A stretch of DNA of 23,197 nucleotides, from positions 1-23,197 of the forward strand of contig NW_021836666.1 of NCBI RefSeq assembly GCF_006345805.1, written 5' to 3'. The notes under the pieces were generated by a model. That model was given only the letters and a program-made list of their open reading frames with translations. It was not told where the DNA came from and ran no database searches. The stretch comes from Octopus sinensis. Lineage: Eukaryota. The translations under genes were made by a program, and so were the position numbers. How positions within the stretch are numbered: position 1 is the stretch's first letter; the number at the start of each line of letters is the position of its first letter. Below, one piece after another: positions 19,176-23,197 of this stretch.

Positions 19176-19541
19176 GGAGGCGCAATGGCCCAGTGGTTAG
19201 GGCAGCGGACTCACAGTCGGAGGATCGCGGTTTCGATTCCCAGACCGGACGTTGTGTGTGTTTATTGAGCGAGGCTCCGGCAGGGGGTGGTGGCGACCCC
19301 TGTTGTACTCTTTCGTCCCAACTTTCTCTCACTCTTTCTTCCTGTTTCTTGTCCATGACATCCTACGCAACCGCTGAGCCTGGATGCGCATTCATCCATC
19401 CGTCGATGCTCTCGGTATCGGGGGTTGACCTGCTTTTTCTTCTGCGGGTCTTACGAATAGCAAAGGACCACGTTTCGGACTTCTCCCACTACAGATCTCT
19501 GGGACGAGGACCGCTTCGCTCAACAAACAAACAAACAAACA
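19176..19541 (+). mobile_element. SINE with family D head, different 3' module and (CAAA)n tail
   Basis: Matches 15132 up to CTCTTTCTTC (lacking the AAAACACCTAAAGCTCCAC block), then unrelated sequence; flanked by AGCAGCAG on both sides. Confidence 0.8.
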
Positions 19542-19734
19542 AGCAGCAGCTGTTTTGGAGGTAGCAAAATATATGATTTTGCAATTTACCATTTCATATA
19601 CAGTCAATTGGCTGTTATGCGCAGCACTGGGTGGTAACCATAAATGGCTGATATGTTGTGTTTGTATCGACAAGTGATTGTTGAGAAATACACTTTATTG
19701 TATCGATGCTGCTATTAGAATTTATATATATATC

Positions 19735-19850
19735 AACGCTGAAAGATTGAGAAGCTTCATTCGGGTGATCTCAGCGAGATTTGAACTCAGAATAGGAAAT
19801 GCTGTAACTGAACACCGCAACGCTCTAATGAATTTGCGCATCCACCGCTC
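19735..19850 (-). mobile_element. Old family C SINE fragment
   Basis: GCGAGATTTGAACTCAGAA is the reverse B-box region; heavily diverged. Confidence 0.45.
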
Positions 19851-19883
19851 CTTGATTTATACAACATACACAAATGACATCAT

Positions 19884-19902
19884 TGTGTGTGTGTGTGTGT
19901 GT

Positions 19903-19961
<59 letters not shown>
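19884..19961. repeat. (TG)n microsatellite
   Basis: Direct reading. Confidence 0.95.
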
Positions 19962-19964
<3 letters not shown>

Positions 19965-20059
19965 AACGTTTGTTATAGTGACCCTCCCAGAACTTGAGAG
20001 CTTCTTTAGGTTATCAACCTCTGGAAGGATAAAAAAAAAAACCATATATTGAACCTAAA

Positions 20060-20140
20060 ATAATTTTGAACTGAGGACGTGAACGGCCGAAATTGAATAC
20101 GACGAAGAATTTTTGTCCGACTCTGCAGTATTTCTGCCAA
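20060..20140 (-). mobile_element. Old family C SINE head fragment
   Basis: TTTGAACTGAGGACGT...TTTTGTCCGAC...TTCTGCCA matches the reverse of the family C head. Confidence 0.45.
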
Positions 20141-20358
20141 TAAATGTCTGGAATATCTTTGTACTAAATATTAGATCATATTGAAATAAGAGTAATTTCA
20201 TTAAAATACACACACATACACACACACTTACACACATATTAAATTATCAAAGAGAAAACTTCTTATTGATAGTGAGTTCATTCCATAGTCTTTGAGTAAT
20301 TTTCCCCCAAGACTAATTCTAAGCATTTCTATGTAAATACTGAAACAGTTTCTGCGCA

Positions 20359-20620
20359 CTTGTTGTTGTTGTTGTTGTTTTCTTCCTTTTCTTTCATGTC
20401 TTCTCTTTCTTCTTCGTTTCCTTCTTTCTCCTTCCCCTCCTCCCCGTCTTTCCCTCTTCTTATTTTTCTCGTCATCGCCGACCTCTCTTCACTCCTGTTT
20501 CTTCATCTTTCTCTCGTCAACCTCCTCCTCATCCTCCCCTTTCTTCTTCTTCTTCTTCTTCTGTATTCTTCTTCTTCTTCTTCTTCTTCTTCTTCTTCTT
20601 CTTCTTTTCTTCTTCTTCTT
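20359..20620. repeat. (TTG)/(TCC)/(TTC)n polypyrimidine tract
   Basis: Direct reading. Confidence 0.9.
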
Positions 20621-20820
20621 GACAAAATTGTCAGCAAGCCGGGCAGAATACTTAGTGCCATATTCATTTTTACGTTATGAGTTCAAATTCCGCAGAGATC
20701 GACTTCGCCTTTCTTACATTCGCGGGCGATGAAATAAGTACCAGTTGGGCACTGGGGTCAATGCAACCGACTTACCCACACTCCTGAAATTCCGAGCCTT
20801 GTGCCAAACTTCGAAACCAA
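20621..20820 (+). mobile_element. SINE family C, diverged
   Basis: GAGTTCAAATTCCGCAGAGATCGACTTCGCC core and ATT tail. Confidence 0.8.
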
Positions 20821-20855
20821 TTATTATTATTATTATTGTTGTTGTTGTTGTTGTT

Positions 20856-21393
20856 GAGTGAGCGAGCAGAGCATGCCATCAAAGTGACACTGGGGTAAAA
20901 TATACGAAGCCCAGTATACCCATCATGACTACCCGTCTGATAAGGGTACACCATGCACATGCATCACAACCATATGTGCGCGACATGGTGATCTTATATC
21001 AAGATAAACAGCACATAACTTTGCAGGTGGGACCCAGTTAGAATTTTCTTCAGGTTGAGTAGCTCATCCCGCTCAAAAGGTCCCTAAATAAGGGTTGTTT
21101 AAGGATGTTGAACGAAACACCCATGTTTCCAGAGGTGAATTATTCAAACCCCAAAGAATCCCTCTCAACACATGGCTATGATACTCCCCCACTACTTCTG
21201 CTCATGATCAGAGATGCACATATCGTCAGCCACTAAGGGACATGCTCAACTGGTTAAGGTAAAACAACTGACAAGCAAATCTGTGGTATTGAGCAGAAAT
21301 TTGCTGTAGCCCATCTTTTATACGAAGACAAAACAATGTACATGATAACACTTCCAATCAGTTAAGATCAGAAGCCATGAGAGCCACTGTCTG

Positions 21394-21395
<2 letters not shown>
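20856..21395 (-). mobile_element. 540-bp non-coding retroposon-like element inserted in (ATT)n
   Basis: Sharp boundaries with (ATT/GTT)n on the left and (ATT)n on the right; the minus-strand 3' end CTCACTC(AAC)n(AAT)n has a subterminal stem-loop. No ORF; classification is inference. Confidence 0.6.
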
Positions 21396-21437
<42 letters not shown>

Positions 21438-21494
21438 GTTATTATTATTATTATTATTATTCTCATTATTATTATTACTATTATTATTATTATT
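21396..21494. repeat. (ATT)n microsatellite
   Basis: Direct reading. Confidence 0.95.
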
Positions 21495-21712
21495 AAGGCT
21501 GCGGGCTGGAAGAATCGCTTGCGCGCCAGGCTAAATGCTTAGCCGCATTTCGCGCGTCGCTACGTCCTGAGTTCAAATTCCGCTGAGGTCGATTTTTGCC
21601 TTTCACCCTTTCGAGGTCGATGAATTTAGTACCAGTGAAACATTGGGATCGATGTAATCGTCTAGTCCTATCTGCCTAAGTTTCAGGCCTTGTGCCTTTA
21701 GTAAAGAAGATT
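21495..21712 (+). mobile_element. SINE family C
   Basis: AAGGCTGCGGGCTGG head, GAGTTCAAATTCC and core. Confidence 0.82.
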
Positions 21713-21810
21713 ACAAAAGCAAAATTTTAGTGAGGACGATTTTGCTTTTCATCCTTTCAAGGTCGATAAATTAAATATCAGTGAATCTTGAAGTCTATGT
21801 AATTTGAAAC

Positions 21811-21835
21811 CATTATTATTATTATTGTTATATTA

Positions 21836-21867
<32 letters not shown>

Positions 21868-21887
21868 GTTATCATTATTATTATTAT

Positions 21888-21961
<74 letters not shown>

Positions 21962-22050
21962 TTATTATTATTATTATTATTATTACTACTACTATTATTA
22001 TTATTACTACTACTACTACTATTATTATTATTATTATTATTAATATTATT
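21811..22050. repeat. (ATT)n/(ACT)n compound microsatellite
   Basis: Direct reading. Confidence 0.95.
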
Positions 22051-22228
22051 ATATATAAAGGATTGAGGTAACTCCTCTAGAAGATATAGTGCCATTGTCA
22101 TCTAGTGAACGATATTTCGACATCTTAAGTGTCTTCAACAGGTTCAAAAATTAATTTTGTCAATCTACTTAATTTTGGTTAAAATATAAAGGATTGCAGT
22201 AACTCCTCCAAAAGATATCGAGTCAAAA

Positions 22229-22285
22229 TTATTATCATCATCGTCGTCATCATCATCCTCATCAACGTCATCATCGTCGTCATCG

Positions 22286-22367
<82 letters not shown>
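22229..22367. repeat. (CAT/CGT)n then (ATT)n microsatellite
   Basis: Direct reading. Confidence 0.95.
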
Positions 22368-22368
22368 T

Positions 22369-22585
22369 AAGGCTGCAACCTAGAAGAATCGTTTGCACGC
22401 CGGGTGAAATTCTTAGCGGCATTTCGACCGCCTTTACGTTCAGAGTTCAAATTCCGCCGAGGTCAACTCTACCTTTCATCGTTTCAGGGTCGATAAATAA
22501 ATAAGTACTAGTTGAACGTTGAAATCGATGTAATCGTCTCATCCCCACTTCCTCCAAGCTGATCTTGTGGAAAATATTTGAAATG
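22369..22585 (+). mobile_element. SINE family C
   Basis: AAGGCTGC head, GAGTTCAAATTCCGCCGAGGTCAAC core and ATA/ATT tail. Confidence 0.82.
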
Positions 22586-23091
22586 ATAATAATAATAATA
22601 ATTATTATTATTATTATTATTTAATTGCAATTTATTTCTGACAGAAATTTCAGTCTATCGAGCCGTCTGCGTATCCACTCTCTCTTTTTTTTTTTTTTGC
22701 CTTCCTCATCTTTCTCTCTTTCTCCTTCCTCTCTTACCAACTTCTCTGTTGCTTTCTGTCTCTCTGCCCGCCACCGCGCCTTCTGTTTCCTACCACGTGA
22801 CCCATGACCATTCCCATCTCCCTCTTCTATTTCCTTTTTTACATGACCCCTGACTCATTCAGTTGCCTTTCCTTCGCACTCTTCCCTACTTTCAGCATGG
22901 TTTGTTTGTTTGTTTTTTAACCGTTCTTTTTTTTTATATACAATTTTTTCACCTTTCATTATGTTTATCCATCGTTTCCCTTTTTTGTGTCAAGTCCTAT
23001 AGGGTAGATTCATTTCCTTTGTGTAAGCCATATATTCATCTCATCTCAAAGCCGTACGGCTATATTTTGTTTGTATATTGTTGTATATAGC

Positions 23092-23197
23092 ATTCTTTTA
23101 TTCTTTTACTTGTTTCAGTCATTTGTCTGCGGCCATGCTGTAGCACCGCCTTTACTCGAACAAATCGATCCCAAAACTTATACTTTTGTTATCCTAA
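23092..23197 (-). mobile_element. SINE family A 3' end (cut by window end)
   Basis: TTTTACTTGTTTCAGTCATTTGTCTGCGGCCATGCTGTAGCACCGCC matches 15896-15945. Confidence 0.85.

Noticed and set aside
21150-21330. HDV-like or twister ribozyme at the 5' part of the 540-bp element
   Set aside because: Some stems (AGCAAAT/ATTTGCT, GGCTAC/GTGGCT) exist, but I could not build the full pseudoknot by eye.
134-23090. Most ORFs in the six-frame track ([12 protein letters not shown], poly-L/Y/N/S, and TTG/GTG-start ORFs)
   Set aside because: They are translations of microsatellites or SINEs with no protein motif. Only those overlapping the Dong, piggyBac and mariner relics carry real coding signal.

Overview
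This is AT-rich eukaryotic DNA with no recognisable host protein-coding exon. Almost all of it is interspersed repeats and microsatellites, and the repeat families look like those of coleoid cephalopods, probably Octopus (my recognition, not a database result). It contains: (1) about 25 copies or fragments of four tRNA-derived SINE families, labelled A-D here, including a head-to-tail cluster at 17.7-19.15 kb, nested insertions and inverted pairs; (2) two decayed R4/Dong-like non-LTR retrotransposon 3' fragments, one split by a SINE with an 11-bp target-site duplication (TSD); (3) a precise head-to-tail pair of non-autonomous Helitrons (9781-12393) carrying a piggyBac transposase relic, with a complete smaller Helitron forming the 3' end of copy 2, plus a third Helitron with the same 3' end but a different 5' end; (4) a decayed Tc1/mariner element, probably DD41D/rosa-like; (5) five minimal type-I hammerhead-ribozyme-like motifs of three sequence families, of the Penelope-associated, dimer-cleaving type. 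The ribozyme motifs and the modular Helitron are the most interesting items. All alignments and folds were done by eye, so boundaries are approximate unless stated as exact.
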